A stretch of 64,000 bases of DNA from Craspedostauros australis (lineage: Eukaryota): positions 1 through 64,000 of the forward strand of contig JALAGF010004837.1 of assembly GCA_030167865.1 (NCBI GenBank). The letters run 5' to 3'. Every line of letters begins with the position of its first letter. The stretch's first letter is position 1. A program made the translations under genes and the position numbers. Positions 45,292 to 59,700 of the stretch are shown piece after piece. A model generated the notes under the pieces. That model did not search any database, was not told where the DNA came from, and saw only the letters and a list, made by a program, of their open reading frames with translations.

Positions 45292-48200
45292 TCATCGGCC
45301 GAACTTATCCACAACCTCCTGAGCCCTCCTGATGTCTCCCTGCACCTTCTTGCGGCGGTAGAATTGGCAAGCGCAGCCATCACCGGTGCAGATGATTTCG
45401 GAATGTACCGTGCCATGAATCCGCTGTGCCGCTGACCAAAGGTCCGCGTATCGCAGCTCCGCCTCGCGGAGATTGGCGAGCTTCTCGAGGTACAGCTCTG
45501 CTTCCTTCGGGCGACAATGCTTGCAGAGGTAGCCGTCCTTGTTGTTCACCTGCGCTTTGCACCCGATGCACGTCACGGCCTTCACAGCAAACATCATGAG
45601 GCTGCCCTTCCTGGCTGCTGGGGTTGGGATGAAGATCTTGCGCGTGTGGTCGCCTTGCAACAACTTCTCGTCGACATCACCAACGATGGGTTCGAAGATT
45701 CGCGTGAGCGGCTTCGACAGCTGATTGGTCAGGTACCACTTGCAATCGATCGCGAGATTCTGCTCCAGGCAGTAAATGGGATCCTCAGCCTTTTCGAAGT
45801 TGGCAGCGTTCTTCGCGCCGGTGATGATGACGTACGGGACGCGGTCGCCCATCTGCGGAGCAGATCCTGGGTCGCGCTTCTTCATTCGAGCGGCAAGCTC
45901 GACGTGCGCCTGCTTCACCTTGTAGTCCTCCTTCTTGCCACCGATGCCCAGTGCGTACTCGGCGCCTTTGTTGAGGCTCTTCGTGATGACGAGGCGGGAG
46001 ATGTCCATCTTGTTCTGCAGGAGGTCGGCGATCTGCGATTTCACGTAGTTGATGGCACCCTCGACGTCCTTCTTGATCAGGATCGTGTTCAGCGAGGTCT
46101 GGATGACTTCGCGCACCAACGCGCAGTTGTCACGGCGCACCGTCTCCAGTCCCTTCGTGTCCATCTTGTCGTACTTCTCCTTCTCCGTCCACATCAGCCC
46201 GGCGTACCGCTTCTTGTTCATCAGCAAGAATGGGGAGTACACCTTCTCGAACTCCAGTAGGATTGGCTTGGGGAAGATGGTCGAGCATTCCTCAGCAGCT
46301 TCGATGGCGAGCGGGAAGGTTTCTTCCACCGTCTTCCCACCGAATTTGACAAAGACGGAATCCGTGTCTCCGTACACTACCACCGCATCGTGCTCGAAAC
46401 CGTTGGCCTTGGTGTACTTCTTCTCGACAAACTCCTTCGTCTTTTCCAGCAAAAAGCGGCCGTACGATGTAACCGCGGAAGCAATCGCGACGCAAGGCAG
46501 CTGCCCCACCGTCGCTCCGGTGAACCCGTACACGGAGTTGGCGGAAACCTTGAGAGCGAGCTGTCGTCCGTTCTGCACAGCGCGTTCGAATTCGGTGGGG
46601 GCATTCTTCATGTCCTTCTTGGCGCGCTTGCGTGCAGCCAGAAGCTCGGAGAGGATGGTGGGCAGGATGCCCTTCTTGACGGAGCTGTTCACGAAGGTGT
46701 GGCCATTCGCGCTTCGTTTGTACTGTGATGGGTCGAGTTTGGAAACGTCCTTCGCCTCCACGAGCGTTGTGTAGCAAAGGTTGTAGGCCTGCATGATGCT
46801 GGGATACAGCGATGCAAAATCCAGCGTTGCGATGGGGTCCTGGTAATAGTTCTTGATGGGTTCGAGAACGGTGGCTCCCTCGTAGCCTTGGTTGTCAGGC
46901 CCTTGCATGCCCTTCTTCAAGGTGGGCACGAGGAGATTCTCATCGCGGCACTTTCGCAGGATCATGGAGTACACCTTGATCTGCTGACCACGGGTGATGA
47001 GGAACGACATGGGGACGCCCGTTACGCGCGCCATCTCGACGTAGTTGACCAACACGCTGAGCTTGTCCATGAGACGCTGTGGCAGGAGTGCATCCTTCAG
47101 GCAGTATACAGCCAGACGATGGCGGTCCTCGTCCGTTCCATTCTGAAGGTCAGCGATGATGCTGTGATGCACATCCTCCTTCTGTTGGCCCAAGAATTCG
47201 GAACTCACGCTGTTCAAGGTGTACGAGCTGAGCTTGTGGTTGCGCTGCATGTACGGCAGCATGTCGAACACGACGCGGCCTTCCATGTTGATCTCGATGT
47301 TGTTCCTTTTTCCGTACGCCGCCGATTGGAACGTCGTTTCTTTCTTTCTAGAGACTGTCTGTCGCACCCTGCCCCAGAGTTTGAACCCTTCGATTCTTGT
47401 GCAGCGCTTTTTCAATGTGTCAGCACGGTCCAATAGATACGGGAGATCGAAATTCTGAACGTTGTATCCAGTGATGATGTCTGGGTCGCAGATTTCCATG
47501 TAGCTTCTCCACTTCATGAGCATCGTGCTTTCATCGGCGCTTGAGATGACTTGCGCGCCGACGATGGGGAGACAGCCTTGCAGCGTGAAGACTGTCTTCG
47601 CCTTCGGTTTCGGCGCACCGTACACAGACAAGGCGTTGGCGATCTGGATAACGGGGTCCTTCTCGGCCTCCGGGAAGTATCCTTTCCTTCCCTGACATTC
47701 GATGTCCATGGAGAGAACGCGCAACGGCGCGATCTTGCTCCATTTACCTTCCGGTTTCCGCGCAATGATGTCCGTGTACGTGATGTCGACTTCCATCTGG
47801 ATTGTTTTCCATCACACGTAGATTTGAATGTCAAGTCAAGCACCAGTGGATAAGTATCGGTACGGTTGTGCAAAAATACCGCACAGCATAAGATAATGCA
47901 CAGCATAAGATGAGACGGAGAAAGACGATCGTGAATCAACGGAGTGGAATGAGCAGAAGGCGTCGCATCGTTTCCCGCACACGATGCACTCCAGTATGTC
48001 CTAATATGCGTGAGCGCTTCGCATATCCGTTTGGTACTGGTGCATACGTACCTGGCAATGCGTCTCCCTTTTGGCTCTGTCTCGCAGTTGGTACGTCTTC
48101 TTCGGAAGTGACAGCCAGCTGGCCCCGTATATGTCCTTATCGACCATGTACCGCAGCACGAACGGCACGTTGCATTCGAATGGCTGGTAGGAGTTGTCGG

Positions 48201-48954
48201 TCTGGCTCCTGACGCCGGCGAGCTCAATCCCGTCCTCCATGATGCGTTTCAAGGTCGGCACGAGCGTTGGCATGGCGACAGAGACCTTGAAGAAGTGAAC
48301 GTGCGGAGACTCGTACCCCATGACCGACTTGTGGGTCTGCACGTAGGAGACAGAATGACAGTACTCCGTCATGCTGCTCCTGGATGCGCCCTGAAGGCGA
48401 CTGTTGAGGCTCGCTCTGATCTTTGACAAGTTGGCCTCCGTGTTCTCGAAGGTGGAGTTGACGGGGAGGGCGAAGAAGCCGTAAGGCGTGAATCCGTGGA
48501 TGAAGACGGCCACCGAGTTCCCAGCGTCGGTGACACCAAAGACGCGGATGACAGGCACCTCGCCAGTCGAGGATCCAGCAACCCTGGTCTTCGATTCGTT
48601 CGGATTCTGCTTGAGCGGCTGGCCGCTGAACATGTCCATGTCAAGCCATTGCAGATCGATGTCCTGGGTATTGTCGTGCTGCGTCAGCGGGGGACGCGCC
48701 CACTTCTGCTTCATCCTATCGTTGATGTCGGAGAAGACATCGGTGTCCATGGCGTCCACACTGTTGGATGGTGCCAGGTCTGCTGTCGGAGGCATGTCTT
48801 CAGCCATCATGGACATCATTTCTTCGGCCTCGTCATCTTCATAGTAATCCTCAGGCTTGGGATCTCTGCCCCCTCCACGAAGCCGCTTCATCGCATGGTC
48901 CCCAGGCCGATCGCTCGTTCGTTTGTTGCGCCCGCTGGACATCGTCGGTTGCAT
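45292..48954 (-). CDS. POLD1: DNA polymerase delta catalytic subunit; exons 48954-48052, 47796-45292 (about 1135 aa)
   Basis: Exonuclease motifs SMDIEC, GYNVQNFD, YCLKDA; polymerase motifs LDFASLYPSIM, KVSANSVYGFTG, YGDTDS, KGLETVRRDNC; C-terminal Cys motifs. Phase-0 intron 48051-47797. Confidence 0.97.
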
Positions 48955-50463
48955 TGTTACGTATAATACGTATGGTATGATCGTCCTGTGGTGTTTGCAA
49001 TGCTGTCTCGGTGTTTTTGTCCGATTGCGAAGTCGCAGTTTTGGCAGCGTGTTTCATTCGCGTTGTGTTGCACTGTTTGCACGTTTCAGCGATTCTGTGT
49101 GCAGATTTTCAAACGGACCCAAAAATGCGCGCCAATCCGCATCGCGCAGACAGCATTGGGCTGGACGTCAACAATCCACACATGCCACCATCAGCCAACC
49201 AGACAACACATTCGAAATAGTCAACTCGGTCAAGCCATCTATTAAGACTCTATTTAAGTACCCAATCGTGGCATCTCCCGACCAAATCGATCATGCATGA
49301 ACTCAAAAATACGACCTCGTAATGCAATGGTCAACAACTTCTTGCGGACGGCAACATCTGCACGAAAAAAAGCGAAAAGAATGCCGGCCAAGGACACGGA
49401 GTCATAAGTATTGACGAAGGTGGGATCGAAGTTTTCCCTTCGTAAGGCGCACGTCGCCGGTTGTTGAGGGTGGCATTGATGCCATTTTCGGCTATTGCGT
49501 TGGTTCAACTTTCAATGACACTGTCAACTTCCTACGTGCGTTCTGGTAGAGAATCCACGCGGCTGGGATGAGTCGAGAAGCCTGGCAGCGCCACCTCCGT
49601 GTGAGTTGGGAGCCATCCGCCTTGTCGCGCTCCGCCTTGTCTCCTTGTGCCGTTGGTTGATTGGTTCGTTCTTTGTTCCTTTGTGGGGTGTGTGTGTGAT
49701 AGCTCGTGGCAGAGTACGACCGACTGGTACTAAAACATGTGGGAGGCATTCTCCTCGGCGCCTTCCTCGCTGGCACAACCACGGATGACACTCGCACTCT
49801 TTCACGTAGCTCGTACTTGTGCACTTACGGAATTACCTTGATGTTCTTGATTTGGGTTTCGGTGAGTTTCGCTGTCCGCCGTCATCATCGTCGTCCTTTG
49901 TTGGTTGGTGTGCTTTCGTCATCAACACGACCACCGTATCAATGCCCACCACACACGGCACCACGACCGTACGCTTACCACACGTACGACTACTGCACTG
50001 TGGACCTTACGCAGGCGAACATTCCGCAAAAAACAGAAGGGAGGCCCCAAACCCAACGCACACCACGGACACGACAGACCAAGACATCACCAACCGGAAC
50101 GTGCACTTCCACCAAAAACGAGAAACTCCTCCCAAGTCATGATCTGGCCCGTTTTGAGTTGTACCAGCATGAACGTGAGATTGACGTAGAAACTTCATCA
50201 ACGAAATGTGCGGATTCAAAACGAAACAACAACAACCACGACGACACTGCCACCAACAACGACGACGACAACGACAATGAAAACTCCGCCATTGTCCAAA
50301 ACACTTTTCAAAACACAAACACACACACAAACACCGCAAACGCACAAAACTTCACATCTGTGCATCATTGTCACCATCCACACCTCGCGCACATAAAATC
50401 AAAAACAGCACAAACAACACAACACAGCACAACACAACACAACACAACACAACAGCATCCACC

Positions 50464-51522
<1,059 letters not shown>

Positions 51523-52624
51523 CTTCTGAAGCGCCTCACCTTCGGAGGATGGGGGAAGGGGAGTTGCGCGTACGGCATGCCGCAAAAGCAACGCCTTTCA
51601 TGCTGATGCCAGATGCCCGCGGCATCTTTGCCGCCTCGTGCATATTGAAGATGGAACCAGCAGCACACCCAATGTACCATATCACATTGCGCCTTCGACG
51701 TGATGCATAATCCAAGCGGGAACATGGGAGCAAGCCGGCTGGGCACGAGAGACGACAACGCACGCACGTATGTACGCGCACACACAAGAATTATCTGCAA
51801 ATGGAGCCGAAACCACCGTATCGCACTGTGCCAACCAACCACAGTACCCAACTTCACTGAGGGACAACGATACTCAAGTTACTCGACCAAAATCATACGC
51901 AGCTCCGCATGCAGAAGCAACACGAGATGAGCGCGATGTTCCACCGTTCTCAGACCGACGGTAAAAGAAGTAAATCCATAGTCGTGAAATCAATACATGT
52001 ACTCCAATCTACTGCACGGTACGGGACATATGCACAAGTCGTCGCCTCCGTGTCAAGCTTGTTAGAATAATTGATACTGAATCCTTGCGGGCCGATTCGA
52101 GAGAAGCTGCCATGAAGTGTGGAAGCATCAAACAGGGTACCTAGAGCACGTGCATAGTAGTGTGGATGTGCAGAATCGTCTCACCAGTATCCATCCACCA
52201 TGTCTCATAGACTCAAGCGATGCACGCGTATGCAATTGGACGGTACGGTTTACACTCCCAGAGGAAGAGCACGCGAGTACTCCCCACGAGCAGAGTATTA
52301 TAGAATAGAACATTGGATGCTCACACCACGAAGATCAGACAAGGAGTGTCATGAATTGCATCTATTGGTCATCATACTCAAGAGATTGTGTATGCACGAG
52401 CCAAGAGGGGAACGGTGCGTCGTCGTTGCGCATTTTCGTCTCCAGCCGCGCTTCGAGACAGAGGCTTCTGCGACTCGTTGGCAAGACGCATTGCTACGCG
52501 TACACCTACGTTGGCGGCGTATCTACCGCCTCATCCTGGCGGTTTTCTCTGATTCTTGCCGTTTCTACTGTGAGAGCTGCTGCGTGCAACTTCCGACCGG
52601 GGTTGGTCTTCACACGTCACAACC

Positions 52625-55600
52625 TCACGACATCTCGCTGGCGTCGTCTTTGTAACCCGAAGAACTGTTGGCTTGAGACTTCGCCAGGCCCCCGTCAGCG
52701 CCACTCATTCCATTGCCATCATCGTCGTCGTCATCCTGCGCTGAAGGAACCGCTGGGAATTGGAGATCGCCGTCATCCTCGTCGCCGTCTCCATCGGTTT
52801 CGTCCATTGCAAGGCTTGGCAGTTCCATGACGTATGCATACGATTTCGCATCTGGGCTCGGTTGCCACAAGATCGCGACGGCGGTCAGGACAAACAGGTA
52901 GTTCAACTCCATCGAGGCATCAAGCACCCTGTGCATACGATCCCGGCGACATAGGCATAGGCACAAAGAAAGGGAAGAGAGAGAGAGAGATGGATAGATA
53001 GATAGATAGATAGATAGAAGGGACAAAGCATGACAACATGACAACCAACAGCAGCAGCAACAGGAATATCAGTTGGAACGGTTGGCAAGAAAAAGGATAA
53101 GGTGTGAGATAATGACACTCGCATACCAAGCCAAATACTCAACTCGAAGCACCTCGGCAGGACGAAATGAAAGACAACAGAACAACGAAACACCTCCAGC
53201 TCGCGAAGCAACCGCTTTCTCTGTTCTCAGTATGGCCCTCGCTCGAGGGAGCAGTCTTTCTGTGTTGCAATCATCGATTGCTGACCGGACCTACCATCTT
53301 GATTCTTGCGTCACGATGCCTTGATCCTTGCTGTCCACGATGGCAAAGACTGCCCACATTATAGCGAACAGAATGGAAATCAGAAGGACAAATCTCAGCC
53401 GAAGATAGCGAAGCAGCTTGAGCGTCTGGCTCATGTTCTCAAGGTAATCCATGGTGGCATTCAGCGAATCGATGATCCAGAAGTAGAACATGACCTCCAG
53501 CAAAGCGATCACGACCGTGAGGATGTCTACCACATCCACAATCTCGGTTTCCTCTTCCTCGCTGATTTTGTGAACTTCCAGGGCACCGATGATGTTCATG
53601 CTGTCTCTCACGAATGACACAATGATATACACGAGGACCACAAACTTGATCTTCTTCATCACTGGGCCCAGATCGTCCCGAACAACTCCCCATCCCAATG
53701 ACAGCATCACAAGAAGACCCCGGGAAATACCGCGCTTGAAAATGCCCAAGGTGATGCCTTTGTACGAGTACAGACATGTAGTCACGCCGGAATGATACGA
53801 GTATGTTGGTAGATGCAGGCAGCATTCGTTTTGTTTTGGAATTTGATGCATGAGATTGCGTGTCCCAGTGTAATAGATGGGGTATGGTATGGTATGGTAT
53901 GGTATGGTACGATATGGCAAGGTGTGCATGCAACACGTAACGAAGAGAAATGAAATGGAAGCATGGGAAGAATCAGCAATGTGATGGTAACACCATTGTC
54001 TCTCTCTCTCTCTGTGACAGTTCGGAAGAGTGGACGATCGTAGAATGGATCCTGCACACAGCATGTGTCCAATGATGCCATCCTGCAGTCCTGCCACCAC
54101 CCACGATATACACCGCCTCTCTTCATCTCTCTGAACTCGTATGCACATGGCGCACAGAGTAGAGCACTCGTGACACCGATGAGCGCATGACGAAACATCG
54201 ATTGGAACGTACCTGCGGAGAACGCGAACCAAAACCTTGTGCCATCTTCATTCCAAACGAAGAGATCACCTGTCCGGAAGAAGAGCTCCAGTGTACCCAT
54301 AGCGATGGTGACAAGGATCCATCTCTGAATGGGAATGTTGTCATCCTCGTTGATCCTCATGGAAATGCCATACCAAAGCAGAAGGACGAAGTAAAGGGCG
54401 GTCACTGCTGCAAAGAAATACATCAAACCAAAGAGGTCGCCCGGGAGATACCCATGCTTTGACATCCAGATGGTCTTGCCTTTCACCAGTACCGGCCGTC
54501 CCTCGTCGTTGCAATTTGCCATGGCCAGGGCATATCTTCCATTCTCGCCTGCTTGTTTCATTTCTCCATACTTGATGAAGTAATCAAAGTCACCTTCTGT
54601 TGGCACGGCTATAAATCTGTGCTCTCCGTCGAATTTGTTGGCATCCATGATGAGCCTGCCGTAGTTGCTCGGCGCGCAGAGTCCAAGCTGGACGGCCTCG
54701 TTGCTGCAGCAGTATCGAACTACTTTCGCTTCTTCAGAGCGCTTTCCGATGCCCAACTCCGTCCAATCGCAACCCTGCCTTGTCCTATCACAAGATTGAG
54801 GCTACGTTGGGAGCATGTGTCGATCGCGTGCACAATATCCGACGTCGCGCCAAGGTAATCCACAGGTTTGGCGACGGTATCGTTTGTTCAATGAGACCGC
54901 GAGTGTTGCGTTAGTACGAAGAGTAGGGATCTGGCCGAGCTCGTGAAACGACGGGTCATTCATCAGCACTTGAACGCAAATCGGTCAATGTAGCGGTAGC
55001 ATCAGGGCACTCAATCGAATTTGAGCATATCATTGTCCACCAGTGCCCACCAATATCCACCGTTGTTCACTGGGGTACTCGCATTGCGCTGTCGTCATGT
55101 CCTCACATCCACCAGCAGATGCGCGAGTGCAACACAACGGGTCCTTGTCTGCTCTGTGCGCCCTTGTCACTCCATTCACGACTGTCCCTCCCGACTATGA
55201 CTCACCAAATGAAGAACGACGACGTCCACGATCGATTCGCTACGGCCTCTATCTGCCATGCCATCCCTGAGCATCCGTGCATGTCCTCCCGGATTGTTGT
55301 TGGTGTCTCCTTGATTATCATCATTTTCCGAGATAATTTGTCCATCTATTCCCGTTTCTACCTTGTCTCCAGCAGGCTTGAAGTGAAGGCGTCTAAGATC
55401 GACTGTTCCAGGCGTGATGAGGAAGCCGTCGGTGAAGTGGACGTACTTTGACTAATTTGGGCACAGCGACAGCATGTGGCATTGTTGGCAACAGGGGCGG
55501 TGCGTGCAAAGGAATGATAGAATAGGCAGTTGTGCAAGAGGCATCGCGCGATCGTATGCCGTGTGAGAGTGGAGTGCAATAGTGCGCGAAGAGCATTGGG

Positions 55601-56008
55601 AGAATATGGCGAATACGAGAAATGGAGTGAGATCATGAGAGTTTCGACCGGATAGGGGGTGCACGTGGTGTATCTGTACGAGTACGTAGTTGAAGAGAAG
55701 ACAAACAGCATCCGGTGGTAGGTTGCACGAGAGCGCGATGGAAGTGGCCGACTGGGGCGTGTGGTACCATACAGTGCCAATATTCTGCTCTCCGCATACA
55801 CTCGTACGAGTATTCACGCTTCCTGCACATAGCAGAAGGCCTCTCAGCCTTCACCAAGGCATTCGGATCCACTTACGATGGGAGGCAGCACCATTTCAAA
55901 GTCTCGAATCTCAGCGGCCACATCCTGGAGCAGCAGCTGGCCGAGAAGGAAGAGCATTCCCACCAATTGCGGCAGGAACGTTGACGACGAACCCACGGCG
56001 AGCTTCAT
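52625..56008 (-). CDS. TMEM87/GPR107 (lung 7TM, GOST family) membrane protein; exons 56008-55877, 55451-55206, 54801-54213, 53757-53295, 52928-52625
   Basis: Signal peptide, lumenal domain ending WMSKHGYLPG, IPIQRWI, KRGISRGLLVMLSLGWGVVRDDLG, QTLKLLRYLRLR, AILWQPS, acidic tail. All four introns are GT-AG and in frame. Confidence 0.87.
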
Positions 56009-56702
56009 ATCTGCACGTTTCTCGTTTGCGATGCTCGAAGGGTCCACTGTTGATAGGTTGGTGATCTATCGAATGATCAACGTGTTTCGGTTGCACCTGT
56101 TTGCTTTCTTGGTTGCTTGGTTGCTTGGTTGCTTGGTTGTTTGGTTGCTTGGTTGCTTTCTTGGTTGCTTGCCTGGTTGTTCTGTCTCCAGATGCCGGTT
56201 GCTCTGCTGTGTTGCGATTTCTTTGTCCCAAACCACCGCACTGGCATTCAAACGGATGATTTGGCATGTCACGTTGTCATTGTTGTTGTCGTTGTCGTTG
56301 TCGTTGTCATTGTCCGTACGAGTTGTGCAGCTCCCACAGGCGATGTTCGTGTTCAGCTCCGTCGTTGTGGCGGCCATTTCACTCGTGTTTGCGAACAAGG
56401 AGTTCAAATCTCGATTCCCGATTTCTCACGGGGTCCCGCGGGAACGCAAATCGTTTGTCATACGTCCGTGTCGCGCTGCGACCAGAGAGGCCACGAGATC
56501 GATACCATCAAAATCAACAAGACAAAAGGAACAACAAAACAAAACGCAGAACTGCGGAAGAAACCAGGGCAACACAGAGCACAAGCGAACGGCACGAACT
56601 GCAAAAAGGATGAGGGGAGGAACACAGACAACACCAACAGACAAGACAAAAGGAACTCGCCGTCCTCCACCATACATCGCTGAACCTGAGATTCTGGAGG
56701 CG

Positions 56703-59700
56703 ATGACAAAGTCAGGCAAGAAGCGAAGATCGCGAAAGATCCCCCCTCCAGTTGCCTCCTCGTCTCATAGGGCATCAGGAACTGGACGGCAGCCATCCCC
56801 GAACAAAACCAGGCATCAAAAGAAGCACAAGTCCGACGGCAAGTCCAAAGGCAAGTCCGATGACCAGAAGCATCAGCCTCAACATTCACAAGATGATCCG
56901 CGGCAGCAAGAACAACATCAGCAACCCGAGCCGCCGCAACGGCCACAGCAGCCACAGCAAGGTGCGACTGCCAAGATGAGCGCAACGAAGAAGAATCTGA
57001 AGGAGACTTTCGACGACATTCACGAGGAGATGCAGCTTTTCGAGCATTCCAAAACATCGACAGGACAGTACAAGAAGAATTTATCGCGCAAGGAATCCTT
57101 GGTGCGAACGAAGAAGCTCAAGGTCATGCGAAAGAGAGATCAGGAGGACATGGCCATATTCAGCCGTGCTGGCCAACGGCTGCGTGGATCCAAGGCTGCT
57201 GTCCAAGAAGACATCATCGACGGGTCCTTCGTCTTCCAGCCACCTTTGCCTGGATCCAAACTCACGACGGCGACTATGGCTGACGTGGACGACTCGGACG
57301 TACCCACGAGGGGGTTGAGTGAAGATGAGATCAATGCCGAAGGCTGTGTGCATGCAGGCATCACACGTCATAGATCTCGCCAAGGAACTTGCGTCGAAGA
57401 TGACGATAGTAGCAGCGGCGATGAGAATGACGGCGACTCCGATGGCACCGATGGCCCCGGTGCGGACGACGATGATGAGAGTGGCGAGGATGACGCCGGC
57501 GACGTGGAGGGCACGACCAAATCACAGACCAACCCGGTTCATGAAGACAAGGCCGATCGAATGGCACAGCAAAGAGCCAAAGTCAAGGCAAAACCAAGCA
57601 AGCGAACCGGACCTTTAACCAAGAAGAAGCGGCGTCAGATGTACCGGCTGAAGAACTTCCAATCGCAACGTATGGCCAAGCGTCTGGGCGAAGCAGTGGG
57701 CGCACATGCACGTGGAGAACACAAGTTGGCAATTGAGATGCTCAAGCAGGTTGCCAACGACGCGCCCTCCGCTCCACAAGTGTATTCGTCGTTGGGCACG
57801 GTGTACGATGACATGCTGCGCAAATCAAGGGCACACGAGGAAGAGCTCGCATCGATGGGACTGGCTGCCGATGAAGAGATCATGCAGAAGCGCAATGCAA
57901 ACATCGCCGAACAACTCCATCTGGCGAAGAAACTGTACGGTTCGTTTCACGTCGCTGCGGTGCTCTGCAAGAAAGATTTTACCCTTTGGGTCAGGGCCGC
58001 AGATGCAGCCCATGACATTGCGAGCATTCACAACCGATACATGGTGTTGAAGATACCGGGGGAAGACAAACAGTTTCACGTAGATGAACGCAAGAGATGG
58101 CTGTCGGAAGCACTGCGAGACTATAGAGTAGCGGAAAATCTCAAGCCGCCCGGCATAGACATCCCAGCCAAGTTGGCGACTGTCCACATGGAGCTGGGCA
58201 GCATATCTGACGCCTTGGCCATGCTGACAGATCTCAAGAACAAGCAGCCGATCGAGTTCGATGCCGATGAAGGCGACGAAGGCGAAAGAGATGAGCCCGA
58301 AGGAACACCGGCGACACAACCAAGAAACGAATTCCAATCCAGCTCCAAAGCATGGATGCTGTATTCGGAATTGATGCTCCGCATCGGATTCGAATGCAAT
58401 CGATGGAATGATGGAATCCAGATCCACACCAACTACATGTTCCGGCGGTGGCTGAGAAAATTCTCCAGCTCGTTTGACTGGCGCGAACGACGTCTGCAAG
58501 CCCTGGTCATGGCCATGGAGGCTGCGATCGGAAGCAAGAGCGCGGCCAGGCTGATCCAATGGATGAGACGACGAGTCATTGCCAACATTCAACGAGGAGA
58601 GCAACCAACAGATTTGACCAAGTGGCACATCGACGAACGGATTAGAGACAGCAAGGCCGATGGCGGCCACGGCGGAGGTGGTAGTGTCAATAGCAACAAA
58701 GGCGGAGATTCAGATGTCAGTGGCAAGATGGGAAAAAGGTCATTGGGCGCTGATGCGGTTGCTGACGAAAGTGGCAGCCACAAGAAGGATGGCGACAACG
58801 AAGATTCGGACTCAACTAATGGGACCAATGTGGAGACACCAGATACGAATGCACCAAACGAAAAGTACGTTGCGAATGTCAAATCATGCTGTGCCCTGGG
58901 CCATTGCGATACACTCACCACACTTGAAGCATCGGTCGCTTGGATATTGAGCTCATTCTGAAACAACCTTTTTTCCATCACTCATCATTCGCCATTACAA
59001 TGTTTACACGTCTACACGCACACCCACGCCGACGGAACGCAACTGTCCATAATGAATGCACTGCTCCACTGTGATCTAATCGATGCGATATTTGACACCC
59101 TCTCTCGGTCCTTCGCCAATGACCCTTCGCCAACTCAGTCTGGACCAAGAGGAAGAGTTGCTGATCACGATGAACGAAGCAGAGCTACAGGCATTCGACA
59201 GGACAACCAACGAAATCGAAGATGACGTGGACGCGAGTGCCCGTGCGCACGCTCGCGAAAAGCTGTTGCAACAGCAACGGAACGCCTTGAATCAGCTTGA
59301 AGGCAACGAAGGCCAGAGCAAAGATATCACCAACACATCGCAGGACAACACCGACAACGCTGATATCACGCAGTCTGAGATTCAAACATCCATTCTTCAG
59401 GCCCCGCTACCGACGACGGGATCATGCCGTGAAGCTTGTGAGATCGCAATCCAACTTGTCAGGCACTGCATGTCTCTGAATGAATACGAAGGTGGGGAGT
59501 TGGTTTGCGAAGCTGTTGCAGTATACTTCAAGGAACGTGCCAGGCTGAGCGACCGACGAGTCGAGAAACTCCGCAGAGCAGAGCGACGAGCACTGCAAGT
59601 GTCCCAAGATATATTTGGCATAAGTGGCCAAGCCCAGGTATGTTTGTTGTCCGGCGAAGTTCGCTTGGATATTGTCTCTTGCATCAACCCAACAATGAGG

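Noticed and set aside
42104-48954. Functional Fe-S gene cluster (ISCU near Pol delta)
   Set aside because: An unrelated gene intervenes and no shared regulatory signal was seen; proximity of housekeeping genes alone is not evidence.
49412-49443. Hairpin ACGAAGG...CCTTCGT as part of a tRNA or ncRNA
   Set aside because: Only a 7-bp stem, with no cloverleaf or A/B boxes; compatible with chance.
51530-51560. Histone 3' stem-loop after the H3 stop (CCTTCGG region)
   Set aside because: Does not match the conserved 6-bp stem, 4-nt loop histone hairpin; pairing is weak.
55878-56702. N-terminal 275 aa of the 1027-aa ORF
   Set aside because: It overlaps exon 1 of the opposite-strand gene and runs through promoter microsatellites; the real start is probably 56610 or 56703.
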